A DNA stretch of 64,000 nucleotides, from positions 1-64,000 of the forward strand of contig NW_021832857.1 in assembly GCF_006345805.1 (NCBI RefSeq). Direction: 5' to 3'. Source of the stretch: Octopus sinensis (taxonomy: Eukaryota). Each line of letters begins with the position of its first letter. Position 1 is the first letter of the stretch. A model generated the notes under the pieces. The model searched no databases. It saw nothing but the letters and a program-made list of their open reading frames with translations, and had not been told where the DNA came from. The position numbers were made by a program, and so were the translations under genes. Of the stretch, positions 1 to 12,445 are shown one piece after another.

Positions 1-799
1 CACTCATGTCCTTCACAGTTTAAAATATGATGTTGTGGTCTGCATGCCATGTCCAGACTGCTCACCTCTTCACTCGTGTCTTTCATGCTACACCCACCCC
101 ACCACATCTCTCCTTTGAGAGTCTTTATTGAAATGTCACAGCACACACACACACACACACACACAGTCTTGTGAGTATTCTTCATACCACACATTGTATC
201 TGCCATACAAATACACACAAACACACACATATGTGTGTGTATGTATACATGTATATATTTATATATATATAGATATATATATTATATATACTCAGATGAT
301 ACACACAAATATATACACTATTGTTTCTATGTTATGCATTCTATATTCACCAGGTTTATGCATATATACCCACTCAGCGATAGCTTCTTATATATATACC
401 CAAGTGTTATGCACTTAAGAGCAGGCCTTATATTATACACTCATATATTGTACACTCTCCTGTATTATATACTCTGCAAGACACAAGTGATTGCTTGTTA
501 TCCGTTGGATATGCATGTCATTGAGGTGGAGGGGGGGCGTTGTATAGACTTTTTTTTCTGTGAAGTTTTGTGTAAAAATAATTTAACATTAAACTGAAGA
601 ATCACTCTTTGCTTTTTGTATGTATTGTGGAGTGTGTGTGTGTGTGTATATAATCATCACCAGCATCGTCATCATCATTTAATGTCTGTTTTGCATGCTA
701 GCATGGGCTGGACGGTTGAAGAGGAGCTGGCAAGGATGGAGAGCTGCACCAGGCTCCAATTTCCTGTTTTGGCATGAATTCTGCTGAGTGTACTGGGTG

Positions 800-853
<54 letters not shown>

Positions 854-928
854 AGAGTATGTATAGAAAGAGAGAGGGAGGGAGAGAGAGAGAGTGCATA
901 TTTACTTTTACAAGGTAATGGTTGCCAG

Positions 929-999
929 TGACTTCGAAGTTTCAGCAGGCTTTCCTCAGACACTCAGACGAAAGCAAGCAACCTGAAGTTTGGAAGTCA
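929..999. repeat. Short imperfect inverted repeat with a degenerate hammerhead-like core on the - strand
   Basis: Arms tgacttcgaagtttcag / ctgaagtttggaagtca. The - strand reads CUGAGGA-aagccugcu-GAAAC-uucgaa-GUC. Confidence 0.45.
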
Positions 1000-1066
1000 T
1001 TTCTAAAAGTTAACACATGCACACACACATAGTATAAACAGTAAAGTGGTATGCATAATGTATAAA

Positions 1067-1272
1067 AGCGGTGAGCTGGCAGAAACATTAGCACGTCGGG
1101 CGAAATGCTTAGCGGTATTTCGTCTGTCTTTACGTTCTGAGTTCAAATTCTGCCGAGGTCGATAAATTAAGTATCAGTTACGCACTGGGGTCGATGTAAT
1201 CAACTTAATCCATTTGTCTGTCCTTGTTTGTCCCCTCTGTGTTTAGCCCCTTGTGGGTAGTAAAGAAATAGG
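1067..1272 (+). mobile_element. tRNA-type SINE (abundant family, Nin/Deu-like core gccgaggtcgac...cctttcatcc...gataaa..aagtaccag)
   Basis: Head ggcggtgagctggcagaa, B-box-like gagttcaaatt, 3' end gtgggtagtaaagaaatagg; internally deleted relative to 2102-2333. The domain name is from memory. Confidence 0.75.
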
Positions 1273-1390
1273 TATGCATAATGTATGCACACATAGTGGA
1301 CTGGTATGCTGGTATGTATATATACGTATGTGTATATATATGTATGTATATATAAGCATATATATGTATGTATATATATGTATATATGTG

Positions 1391-1442
<52 letters not shown>

Positions 1443-1980
1443 TATATTATACACATAATATATATATACACATATATATATTATACACATAATATATATA
1501 TACACATATATATATTATACACATAATATATATATACATACATATATACATAATATATACATACACACACACACATATATATTTATATACACATATATAT
1601 ACACGATACAGAGGATGCATACCTAGACAACACTCATGATTCTCAGAATTGTCTAAACATGGATTAAAGTCCCTGTGTTAGTTGTTTGGACACTGCATTC
1701 TTCTCGTAATTCACCAACACAACTCCTGGCCTCTCTAGAAACGCCCTTTCCCCTTTGTGACTTTTTTAATGTCTCCTTTTCTGCCTTATTATCTTCTAAT
1801 CTGTCTGCTTTACCATCTTTCTTCACTTGACTTACGTGTCTGCTTTTTGTCTCTTCACTTAACCATTTCTGAAGAGTTGCAGGGGCACCTGAGCACTGGA
1901 GACAATAAACAGAAATGTTAGCAAACCAGATATAATGCAGAGAAGAAAGACGTCTTCTGGCTTTATGTTCTGAATTCAAA

Positions 1981-2470
1981 TTCTTATTTCTTTATTGCTC
2001 ACAAGGGGCTAAACATAGAGGGGACAAACTAAGACAGACAAAGGGATTAAGTCGATTACATGGACCCCAGTATGTAACTGGTACTTAATTTACTAAATAT
2101 AAGGCGGCGAGCTGGCAGAAACGTTAGCACGCCGGGCGAAATGCGTAGCTGTATTTCGTCAGCCGCTACGTTCTGAGATCGTATTCCGCCGAGGTCGACT
2201 TTACCTTTCATCCTTTCGGGGTCGATAAATTAAGTACCAGTTACGCACTGGGGCCGATGTAATCGGCTTAATCCGTTTGTCTGTCCTTGTTTGCCCCCTC
2301 TGTGTTTAGTTCCTTGTGGGTAGTAAAGAAATAGGTACTTAATTTATCAACCCCGAAAGGATGAAAGGCTAAGTCGACTTCGGCGGAATTTGAACTCAGA
2401 ACGTAATGCCAGACGAAATACCGCTAAGCATTTTGCCCGGCGTGCTAACATTTCTGCCAGCTCGCCGCCT
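1981..2470 (-). mobile_element. Host SINE split by the insertion above (1981-2092 plus 2334-2470)
   Basis: The two pieces join into a continuous reverse-complement copy of the family. Confidence 0.8.
2093..2333 (+). mobile_element. SINE of the same family inserted antisense into another copy, with a 13-bp TSD
   Basis: ggtacttaattta is duplicated at 2080-2092 and 2334-2346. Confidence 0.85.
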
Positions 2471-3967
2471 TTAGTGTTCAAATCTGAGTTCAAATTCTGC
2501 CATGGTTGACTTTACTTTTCATTCTTTTGGGATCAATAAAATAAGTATCAGTTAATGTAATTAATTAGTAGAAAGAATTATTAGTATTATATACATTCTA
2601 TATTTATTATGTATGTGTTTATATACATATGCACATAAATGTGTGTGTGTCTAATTATACAGATACATGTGTGTGTGTATGTGTATAAATATATATATGG
2701 ATGTGTAGATGTACATACAGATGAGTAGTAACTCTTGACGCACAGATGGAAGTTCTGGGTTCAAACCCCGGTAAGGTTTAAATCCAGAACAAAAGATACA
2801 TAACTACAAAGTACCATTTCTTGTGAAGTTTGTTCGGGTTCACCCTGGTCCCACTATCAACAGGATCTTGTTAAATGTGAAGTAAAGGAAGTCATGTGAC
2901 TTGACTTGATTTTACTCCAGCTTGGACCACAGAGAGCCACTGGACTTTGGAGTAGATCTCTATAAGCTTTTAGTAAGGTTTTCTCTGATCCTGCATCCTA
3001 TCGTTAGTCATCAACCCTCTGTAGGTTTCACTTGTCCTTTTAACACCCCCTCATTTTGTCTGTGGAGTTTCTTGCTACTCTCCTAACTAGATTAATCTAC
3101 CTGGTGGATGAACTATTGATGCAACCACTCTACAACCACCCGTGTAACCAGAATTACAATCATTTCAGGACCAACATCCATGTACATCACTGCTGCTTTC
3201 TTTACCCTCAAGGGTCGCCCAGTTCCAACATAGATAGCTTTTTTTCTTGTTTTCTTTTTTCTTGGGTCATTTTGATATGCATTTCAAATTCCATGTTAGA
3301 TCTAGAATTAACACCACTAATTCTTTTCAGTGCCACAGCTGGCAATGGTGCCTCAGATGTGCCATTAACCAGGCGAGAAAATTAACAAAGGCTGCCATTA
3401 AACCTCAACGATGCCAGTTCAATTACTGGCTGGATGTCATCAGGTTCAACCTTTAACAGGGGATAAACATCATTCAGTGGATAATAGGGATTATTTGGGT
3501 CTATCTTCAGTGGATATATGCAAAACTCACCCAGTGATCTGTCAACTATTTTAGATTGACATTACCCTGATTAAAGGAGTGGAGATGTTTTATAAAAACT
3601 GTTTTAACAGCAAGAGATGGGGACAGACGTTGGGACAAAGGTGTACAGGTACCCCAGGATGGTGTATTAAGATTGGGAGGGTCAATAAATATTGTGGAAT
3701 TTCTTAAAGGCTCTGTGGCATGCACTGATTGAAAATAATTACTCTTTGGGGCAGCCACACCTGTGGAAATAGCAATCAAGCCTTCCTCAGATCGCATCCT
3801 ACTGTCTGTATGTATGTATGTATGTATGTGGGAAATCTCTACATGATAGCTAGAACTGGTAGAAATAGTAGCCAAATCTCCCTCAAATCATACCCTATGT
3901 ACACATACACATTTTGGCTGTTATTTCTAGCAGGTCTAGTACCATGCAGAGATCTCCCTTACTGACT

Positions 3968-4671
3968 CATCATCATCATCATCATCATCATTTAACGTCC
4001 GCTTTCCATGCTAGCATGGGTTGGACGGTTCAACTGGGGTCTGGGGAGCCCGAAAGCTGCACCAGTCCAGTCAGATCTGGCAGTGTTTCTACAGCTGGAT
4101 GCCCTTCCTAACGCCAACCACTCCGAGAGTGTAGTGGGTGATTTTATGTGCCACCGACACAGGTGCCAGACGAGGCTGGCAGACGGCCACGCTCGGATGG
4201 TGTTTTTATGTGCCACCGACACAGGTGCCAGATGAGGCTGGCAAACGGCCACGATCGGATGGTGTTTGTTACGTGCCCACAGCACGGAGGCCAGTCGATG
4301 CGGTACTGGCTACGGCCACGTTCGGATGGTTTTCTTGTGTGCCACCGGCACTGGTACCACAAAGATACAAATTCCATTGATGTTCATCTATTTTGATTTG
4401 TTTTGATTTTCACTTGCCTCAACAGGTCTTCACAAGTGTCACAAGAAGGAAGGTATGCACAGGTGGACTGACTACATCCCAGGTAGGGGCCACAGGTTAT
4501 GGCCTGACTAGTCTTGCCGGGTCTTCGGATGGTGTTTTTATGTGCCACCGACACAGGTGCCAGATGAGGCTGGCGAACGGCCACGATCGGATGGTGTTTG
4601 TTACGTGCCCACAGCATGGAGGCCAGTCGGTGCGGTACTGGCTACGGCCACGTTCGGATTGTTTTCTTGTG

Positions 4672-4676
<5 letters not shown>
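3968..4676 (-). mobile_element. RTE LINE 3'UTR fragment
   Basis: Starts (CAT)n-ttaacgtccgctttccatgctagcatggg; reverse-complement match to the 3'UTR of the RTE copy at 30960-32688. Confidence 0.85.
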
Positions 4677-4705
<29 letters not shown>

Positions 4706-4881
4706 ATAATAAATATTAGGGAATGAATCCAAAATTACAGGGAAAAAATCAGATTTAGGGTTAAATCCAATTTTATAGTAAAATATTATATAATATAATT
4801 CGAGACAAAACCACTATTTTAAAACCAAACAAGGAAAGGCTTAATCAATACATAAAATTTTAATATAAATTAAATAAACCG

Positions 4882-4925
4882 CCACTACAAATGTTTCATG
4901 TCTGCTACCGACAATCTTCAGGTGG
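4882..4925 (-). ncRNA. Mirror copy of the hammerhead-like motif in the other palindrome arm
   Basis: Exact reverse complement of 4997-5040. Confidence 0.55.
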
Positions 4926-4996
4926 ATTTTCGATCTTCTAATCAGTATCAAATTTTGAAGTCTTCAAAATTTGATACTGATTAGAAGATCGAAAAT

Positions 4997-5040
4997 CCAC
5001 CTGAAGATTGTCGGTAGCAGACATGAAACATTTGTAGTGG
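4997..5040 (+). ncRNA. Minimal type-I hammerhead-ribozyme-like motif
   Basis: ccac-CUGAAGA-(u ugucgguagcagaca u)-GAAA-C-auuu-G-UA-gugg. Core, stem I (ccac/gugg) and a GUA cleavage triplet are present. Stem II closes with U-U instead of G-C. Confidence 0.55.
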
Positions 5041-5124
5041 CGGTTTATTTAATTTATATTAAAATTTTATGTATTGATTAAGTCTTTCCTTGTTTGGTTT
5101 TAAAATAGTGGTTTTGTCTCGAAT

Positions 5125-5154
<30 letters not shown>

Positions 5155-5155
<1 letters not shown>

Positions 5156-7195
5156 ACAAACACCATCCGGTCGTGGCCGTTCGCCAGCCTCATCTAGCAC
5201 CTGTGTCGGTGGCACATAAAAAGTAGTCAGTACCGCTTGTGGTACCAGTGCCGGTGGCACACAAGAATCCATCCGAACATGGCCGTAGTCAGTACCGCAT
5301 CACTGGCCATCGTGCTGTGGGCACATAACAAACACCATCCGGTCGTGGCCGTTCGCCAGCCTCATCTAGCACCTGTGTCGGTGGCACATAAAAACACCTT
5401 CCGAAGACCCAGCAAGACTAGTCAGGCCATAAACCATGGCCCCTACCTGGGACGTAGTCAGTCCACCTGTGCATACCTTCCTCCTTGTGATACTTGTGAA
5501 GGCCTGTTGAGGCAAGTGAAAATCAAAATCAAAATCAAATCAAAACAAATCAAAATAGATGAACATCAATGGAATTTGTATCTTTGTGGTACCAGTGCCG
5601 GTGGCACACAAGAGAAAACCATCCGAAAGTGGCCGTAGCCAGTACCGCATCGACTGGCTTCCGTGCTGTGGGCACATGACAAACACCATCCGATCGTGGC
5701 CGTTCGCCAGCCTCATCTAGCACCTGTGTCGGTGGCACATAAAAACACCATCCGAAGACCCGGCAAGACTAGTCAGGCCATAACCCATGGCCCCTACCTG
5801 GGACGTAGTCAGTCCACCTGTGCATGCCTTCCTTCTTGTGACACTTGTGAAGACCTGTTGAGGCAAGTGAAAATCAAAACAAATCAAAATAGATGAACAT
5901 CAATGGAATCTGTATCTTTGTGGTACCAGTGCCGGTGGCACACACTTTGTGGCACACAAGAGAACCATCCGAACGTGGCCGTAGCCAGTTCCGCATCGAC
6001 CGGCCTCCGTGCTGTGGGCACGTAACAAACACCATCCGATCATGGCCGTTCGCCAGCCTCATCTGGCACCTGTGTCGGTGGCACATAAAAACACCTTCCG
6101 AAGACCCGGCAAGACTAGTCAGTCCACCTGTGCATACCTTCCTTCTTGTGACACTTGTGAAGACCGGTTGAGGCAAGTGAAAATCAAAATCAAATCAAAA
6201 TAGACAAAATAGATGAACATCAATGGAATTTGTATCTTGTGGTACCAGTGCCTGTGGCACACAAGAAATCCATCAGTGCTGTAGTCAGTGCGGTGGGCAC
6301 ATGACAAACACCATCCGATCGTGGCCGTTCGCCAGCCTCATCTAGCACCTGTGTCGGTGGCACATAAAAACACCATCCGAAGACCCGGCAAGACTAGTCA
6401 GGCCATAACCCATGGCCCCTACCTGGGACGTAGTCAGTCCACCTGTGCATACCTTCCTTCTTGTGACACTTGTGAAGACCTGCTGAGGCAAGTGAAAATC
6501 AAAACAAATCAAAATAGATGAACATCAATGGATTTGTATCTTTGTGGTACCAGTGCCGGTGGCACACAAGAATCCATCCGAACATGGCCGTAGTCAGTAC
6601 CGCATCACTGGCCATCGTGCTGTGGGCACATAACAAACACCATCCGATCGTGGCCGTTCACCAGCCTCATCTAGCACCTGTGTCGGTGCACATAAAAACA
6701 CCATCCGAGCGTGGCCGTTTGCCAGCCTCGTCTGGCACCTGTGTCGGTGGCACATAAAAAGTAGTCAGTACCGCTTGTGGTACCAGTGCCGGTGGCACGT
6801 GGCACATAAGAAAACCATCCGAAAGTGGCCGTAGCCAGTTCCGCATCGACCGGCCTCCGTGCTGTGGGCACGTCTGGCACCTGTGTCGGTGGCACATAAA
6901 AACACCATCCGAGCGTGGCCGTCTGCCAGCCTCGTCTGGCACCTGTGTCGGTGGCACATAAAAACACCATCCGAGCGTGGCCGTTTGCCAGCCTCGTCTG
7001 GCACCTGTGTCGGTGGCACATAAAATCACCCACTACACTCTCGGAGTGGTTGGCGTTAGGAAGGGCATCCAGCTGTAGAAACACTGCCAGATCTGACTGG
7101 ACTGGTGCAGCTTTCGGGCTCCCCAGACCCCAGTTGAACCGTCCAACCCATGCTAGCATGGAAAGCGGACGTTAAATGATGATGATGATGATGAT
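5155..7195 (+). mobile_element. RTE LINE 3'UTR with internal tandem expansion (about 280-350-bp units plus about 61-bp subunits)
   Basis: Unit starts near 5328, 5679, 6025, 6304 and 6633. Ends ggacgttaaa(TGA)n; its last 210 bp are identical to the reverse complement of 3972-4181. Confidence 0.85.
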
Positions 7196-7584
7196 ATGTG
7201 TGTGTGTGTGTATGTCTGAGTCATTTAGAGATTTCTACATGGTAGCCAGGCCTTGTAGAAGTAGCAGCCAAATCTCACTCAAACCACAACCTACTATTAG
7301 ATGACTGACAACCATCTCGTCCCTGTTGCATATCACAGATCTCATTGCCCAACGTATCCAGCCATTGAGACAGTAGAGGGTTGTTTGATTGCTATTTCTA
7401 GCGAATCGTTTGACCAGTAGAAGCATCTTTCTATTGCTTTACTGGAGTAGGAAGGCAAGAAAAATATGTACACACATACTTCCATCACCCACAAACATGA
7501 TCATCGCTTACTCTGTACACATCCACAGCTTTTGGCTGGTCTAATCTCTGTCTGTCTCTTTATGTATGTATCTCTCTCTCTCTG

Positions 7585-7660
<76 letters not shown>

Positions 7661-8820
7661 CCACTATAAAGCTAGCTCCTCCTCCCCATATTCTATGAAA
7701 TTTCTTGCATTCTCCAACCATAAATATATTTGTGTGTGTGTACATGTGTATCACTGAATCTGTCCCTGTGTGCGTGTCTTCTCTATCCCATTTCTACGAC
7801 TTACAACCATCCTATTTTCAGTTTATGACAAACAACAGCCATAATAATATTGCTCTTTTATTCTTGATTTATAAATGCCAGCTATATACTGGGGTTCACA
7901 TAGACATCTTTCCTTGTGTCTAATCAGTTGTTATAGAATTGTTAAAATGTTGGAGTGAACGTTTTGTGTTTTGAGTTCAAATCGCACCAAGGTCATCTTT
8001 GCCTTTCATCTTTCTGGGATCAATAAAATAAAGTAACAGTCAAATACTGGTGTCAATAGTATTGACTAAACCTTATCTCTGAAACTGCTGGCCTTGTGTC
8101 TAAGAAATACTTTTATTATTATTCTTATTATTATTGTTATTATTATTATTATTATAAAGGTGGTGAGTTGACAGAATCCTGAGCATGCTGGGCAAAATGC
8201 TAAATGGCATTTTGTCTGTCTTTGCATTTTGAGTTCAAATTCTGCTGAGGTCAACTTTACCTTTCATTCTTTAAAGGTCGATTAAATAAGTACCAGTCAC
8301 GCACTGGGGTTGATGTAATCACTTTACCCCACCCTTCCACCAAAATTGATGGCCTTATAACCAAAGTTTGAAGCCATTATCAATTTCATGATTATTTTGG
8401 CAGAATTAGTTGAGTATCAAACAAAATGCTGTACTGTTCTGGTCCTTTTCTTGCTGAGGCCAACTTGATAAAGTACCTCCCTGGGGCTGTTGATTGACAG
8501 AATTGGTAGAGTATCTGATGACATGCTTTGCTGTATTTGTTCTGGCTCTGTGTATAATCCTGTCTGTTGTCTCGTGGGGGGACGTGATGGGGGTGGGGAT
8601 TCTGTCACATTTTATAACTGACTGAAGTGGAAAAAATCAATTGAATCTTTGGTTCAGATGGAGAATTGGTTGGCAATACCCCCCCCCCATCACTTTACTC
8701 CTTGTTGTGCCCCTCCCCCAATTCTCCTACACACACTAACTACAAATAGCATTACATAAAACAGGATACTATGTATCATAAAAAGGGGCACACCACTCAT
8801 ACTACATCTGTATAATTCTT

Positions 8821-8933
8821 AAGCAAGAATGTTGTTGACAGTGACTTTGAAGTTTTGGTTGGTTAAGCCATTGTTGGACTGCTGAAGATGACTGGTCAAA
8901 ACTTCAGAGTCACTGTCAACAACATTCTTGTTT
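8821..8933. repeat. Inverted repeat (34-bp arms) with a degenerate hammerhead-like core
   Basis: caagaatgttgttgacagtgactttgaagttttg pairs with caaaacttcagagtcactgtcaacaacattcttg. The + strand reads CUGAAGA-ugacugguc-AAAAC-uucaga-GUC. Shares the gtgactt.gaagttt motif with 929-999. Confidence 0.7.
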
Positions 8934-9268
8934 ATGAACAATGAATTTGTACTCTACACAAGTACAGGGTAACCCATCAGATTAATGTAAAATTGGTTTT
9001 ATTCAAACTGAACATAAAAACAAACATTAATAGATATACATCATCATCATCATCATTTAACCTCCATTTTCCATATTGGCATGGATTGAAAGGTTCGACT
9101 GAGAACTGGTAAACTGGGGAGCTGCGCTAGGTTCCAATCTGATTTGGCAGGGTTTCTTTGACTGGATGCTATTCCTAATGCCAATCACTCCAAGAGTGTA
9201 ACGGGTGCTTATCGTTTGTAGAAAACATAAATCCGGAGAAGAAGCACACTCTAAGAAGTATAGCAGTG

Positions 9269-9457
9269 TATATTTTAAAAATGGGGAAGGCCGGCTTATG
9301 GTCTTACCCTGGGTTTTCCATCCATAAAGGGTTTAGTTTTATGACATATCGTCAGACCCCAAAACCTGTTGGCCTATGCCATAAAGCTAAAACCTTTTAT
9401 GGATGGAAAAGCTCCCAGGGTATCCCATAAACTGGCCTTCCCCATTTTTGAAATATA
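9269..9457. repeat. Fold-back element (about 80-bp imperfect arms, 26-nt spacer), MITE-like
   Basis: tatattttaaaaatggggaaggcc...atgacata is the imperfect reverse complement of tatgccata...ggccttccccatttttgaaatata; ends in TA. Confidence 0.8.
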
Positions 9458-9482
9458 TATATATATATATATAAATAAATAA

Positions 9483-10031
9483 GGTAGTGTAATGTGGGCA
9501 GTAAATGCAGAGCACATGCAAATATCAGAAAGGAATGGAGCTAGTATTCTCTGTTGGTTGTGAAATGTCAGTGTGCTTGTATAGAGTGTAAATATTGTGA
9601 GACAAATTAGGTTGAAGAGGAATGCAATGTTGTTTACAAGAGAGACTTCTCTGCTGGCTTTAGGTCCTGTGATGTGTATAGATGAGGACAGTTGCATAAA
9701 GAAGGGCTGGTTGCTAAATACTGATGGAACTTGAAGAGAGAGACACGAGAAGACATAGGATGAAGAAGTGAAGGCTGATTTTAAGATGTTGAACCTTACA
9801 GAGCAGATGATTGGCAATTCACTGTTTGGGTCCTAAAAATATTATGTGCTGGTGCCATGTAGAAAGCACTCAACCTACTCGGTGGAGTAGTTGGTGTTAG
9901 GAAGGGCATCTAGCTGTAAAAACCCTCCCAAAACAGACACAAGTATGGTGCAGGCCCTGCCTGGCCAGCTCCTGTCAAACCGTCCAACCCATGCCAGCAT
10001 GGAAAGAGGACGTTAAACGATGATGATGATG
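9483..10031 (+). mobile_element. Old decayed RTE LINE 3' end
   Basis: GSVMWAVNAEHMQISERNGASILCW resembles GSETWAVTAEDMRKLVRNEASMLRW of the 31-kb copy; ends ggacgttaaac(GAT)n. Confidence 0.75.
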
Positions 10032-10340
10032 CTAGGCCCTACACCCAAACTGTCCACTGCAGTAAACAGTTGAGGGCAGAATCAACACAGAACCCTCTCC
10101 CTCCTGCCCTTCACTTTCCTTCTTTCTTCATCCACTGCTTGTATGCTTGCTTATAACTTACCCTGAACCTTACACTCTGACACCTTGTCACCACCGTTGT
10201 CCACTTCCTTTCAGCTATTCCCACCCTTATACGTAGAGTAGCCATGTTTCTTCCCTATAGCACGACCCCTGTGTCTGTCCCTCTCTTATACTTTACCCTT
10301 CAACACTTGCCATAAAGACCGCCCAGCCACCCACCCACCC

Positions 10341-10951
10341 TCTCAATCGAAAATGCTTTCACCATTTCCTTCACAAATATTGATTCGTTAAGTGAATCTC
10401 TTGCAATTTATGTGGAACCCAAATATCAGGCTTCTTAACGAGTCTGAGATATTTTAAGTGATTTCCAATTGTTGTGTGTGATACATTTAACCTCTCTGCA
10501 ATCTCTCGCACAGTTATATGACAATCAGATTCAATTACGGCCTTGATTCAGTCATCATCAACTTCAGTAGGTCAACCAGAATGCTGGCCATCTTTGACTG
10601 AAAAATCCTCAGAAAGGAATTCTTTAAACCATTTCTGACATGTGCGTTCTGTTAACCAATCAACACCATAAACTTCGCATATCTCTTTGTGAGCCTCAGC
10701 AGCTTTCTTGCCTTTATGGAAATAAAAAAAGCAAAATATGGCGAAAATGTTCCTTTTTGCACTCCGTGTTAAAATTGACACTGAACTAACAGCTGTAAAC
10801 AAAATTACATGCAATTTGCTTCTAAAGTAAGCTAAACGTGTAATGGCTTTCAAATGTCAAAAGGACAAAAATCATAACATTGACAAAAGTTATTCAAAAA
10901 AATTATCACTCTATTTATGAAATACGAAATTACTTTCTCACCAGCCCAAGT
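10341..10951 (-). mobile_element. Mariner transposon, 5' fragment (TIR plus N-terminal transposase, with stops)
   Basis: The - strand encodes FCFFYFHKGKKAAEAHKEICEVYG...WFKEFLSEDFSVKD...ITVREIAERLNVSHTTI...DIWVPHKL (WVPHEL motif). TIR-like ttgggctggtgagaaagtaatttc near 10927-10950. Confidence 0.85.
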
Positions 10952-11914
10952 CATGCTATGGCTGGTTTGTATAAATAAGAGGATAATAATTGTTGCTAAG
11001 GCGACTATATTTCTATAGAAAACCTGTAGAGATAACTTAAAAGTGAAATACGCGCGACAGTGTGCAACCGTGATTAAAATATAGGAGTGTACAGTTATAT
11101 TGAATGTATTGGTGTGCATTCAAATGTGAAATGACCTCCATTTCGTATCTCAGGAGAGAAAACATCCTCAACTGGGCGAGGAGTAACTGTAGGACACATT
11201 TTTTTGGTGTCTTTAATCTTCATTAGCTGAAAACAGTGAATCCAAAGCTCACAGCCCACCAGAAAGCGATGTTCTTGAATTTGCAAAGTAAATGATAAAT
11301 TTACTGCTGGAAGGAGAGATGTCTGCTATAAAGAGGATTGCTGGCATCGATAACATGGTTGAAGGAAATACAAGGGGGGGGGGGGTGATATAGAAACATG
11401 TTGCTACTTTGTGTTTATTTTTGTACTTAATATGCACACACACACACACATATATTGTCTGTGGTATTTAGCGCAATATACACACACGCATATATACATA
11501 CTGTGGTATTTATTATATAGACACCCTATGTATAGTAGTTATGTAATAGTGTGGTGAGGTGTCAGTTGTGCTGATTACTCAATAAATAATGAATGTGTGC
11601 ATCCAACTATAAACGCTGTTGACCATGCGAAAGTAACATGTACACTCACTAATTGACTGAATCTTTCTCCAGGTATTCCCCCACCCACCCACCTCAAGCC
11701 GAAAAATACCATTGGAATTACAATAAAAAGCTCGATTTTACCCACCTCTCATGTGATTGTGTTAACTGTTGTAGTGTTTATTTTGCTGAACCGGTTCCTC
11801 CTTGAACTAAATCAATAAACTGGAATGCACAACCTGTCCCTGTGTATATCTATATTTACTTCATTTATATATATCTTTGCGTGTGTGTGTATATATATAT
11901 ATACATATATATAC

Positions 11915-11957
<43 letters not shown>

Positions 11958-12084
11958 TATATGTGGATGCTGTGACATCAGTTATAGGCCCCTCACTTCT
12001 GGTGGTTTTACTGCACACACTGACACCGACCAAGGATATTTCTATGCACACGCACACACACAATATATATATATATATATATTG

Positions 12085-12445
12085 GTTTTCTTTCTGAGTT
12101 TTCTTTCGACGAGGAGGTTTTTCCCTGTTTCTCAAAGGCTGTCATTACCTTTGAGACAGTACTTCTTGATACACCAAACATTTCGGCTGCTTTCATTACA
12201 CTATTGCCTGCCATACAAGCACCAAAAATTTGACCTCATTGAAAGTACAATAGATCTGTCATTTTAATGACTTTTAATTACCTTTTTCTGATGATATCTG
12301 AAAAGAAACAGCAATTTTAGCAAAACCTATTTAGCAACACTAATAATAAATCAATAAACATAAAAATAAACAAGATTTTGATAGTTTTATAGCTATTTCA
12401 AAATTATGATGCTAGGTGTTTCCATTATTTTGTCCAGCCCCTGTA
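12085..12445 (-). mobile_element. Tc1-like transposon, 5' fragment
   Basis: TIR-like TA-caggggctggacaaaataatggaaacacc at 12415-12445. The - strand encodes MAGNSVMKAAEMFGVSRSTVSKVMTAFEKQGKTSS (paired-like HTH). Confidence 0.8.

Larger units (their letters stand above)
4700..5135. mobile_element. Probable Penelope-like element pseudo-LTR fragment with an inverted copy, inserted in (TA)n
   Basis: Hammerhead-like core, inverted arrangement and TA microsatellite on both flanks are typical of PLE remnants. No ORF is present, so the class is inferred. Confidence 0.45.
4787..5135. repeat. Near-perfect 349-bp palindrome (174-bp arms, 1-nt loop at 4961)
   Basis: ...tatcaaattttgaag T cttcaaaatttgata...; I found one mismatch between arms (aggc/agac). 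Confidence 0.95.

Noticed and set aside
2820-3546. Protein-like reading on the - strand
   Set aside because: Broken by stops and a frameshift and I recognise no domain; probably an old TE remnant. A translated search (BLASTx/HMMER) would be needed. The same holds for 1653-1979, 21815-22123 and 39464-40024.
5155-7025. Repeat-spacer-like pattern and many 60-160 aa ORFs
   Set aside because: Tandem copies of RTE UTR modules; the ORFs recur verbatim in each copy on both strands and show no protein motif.
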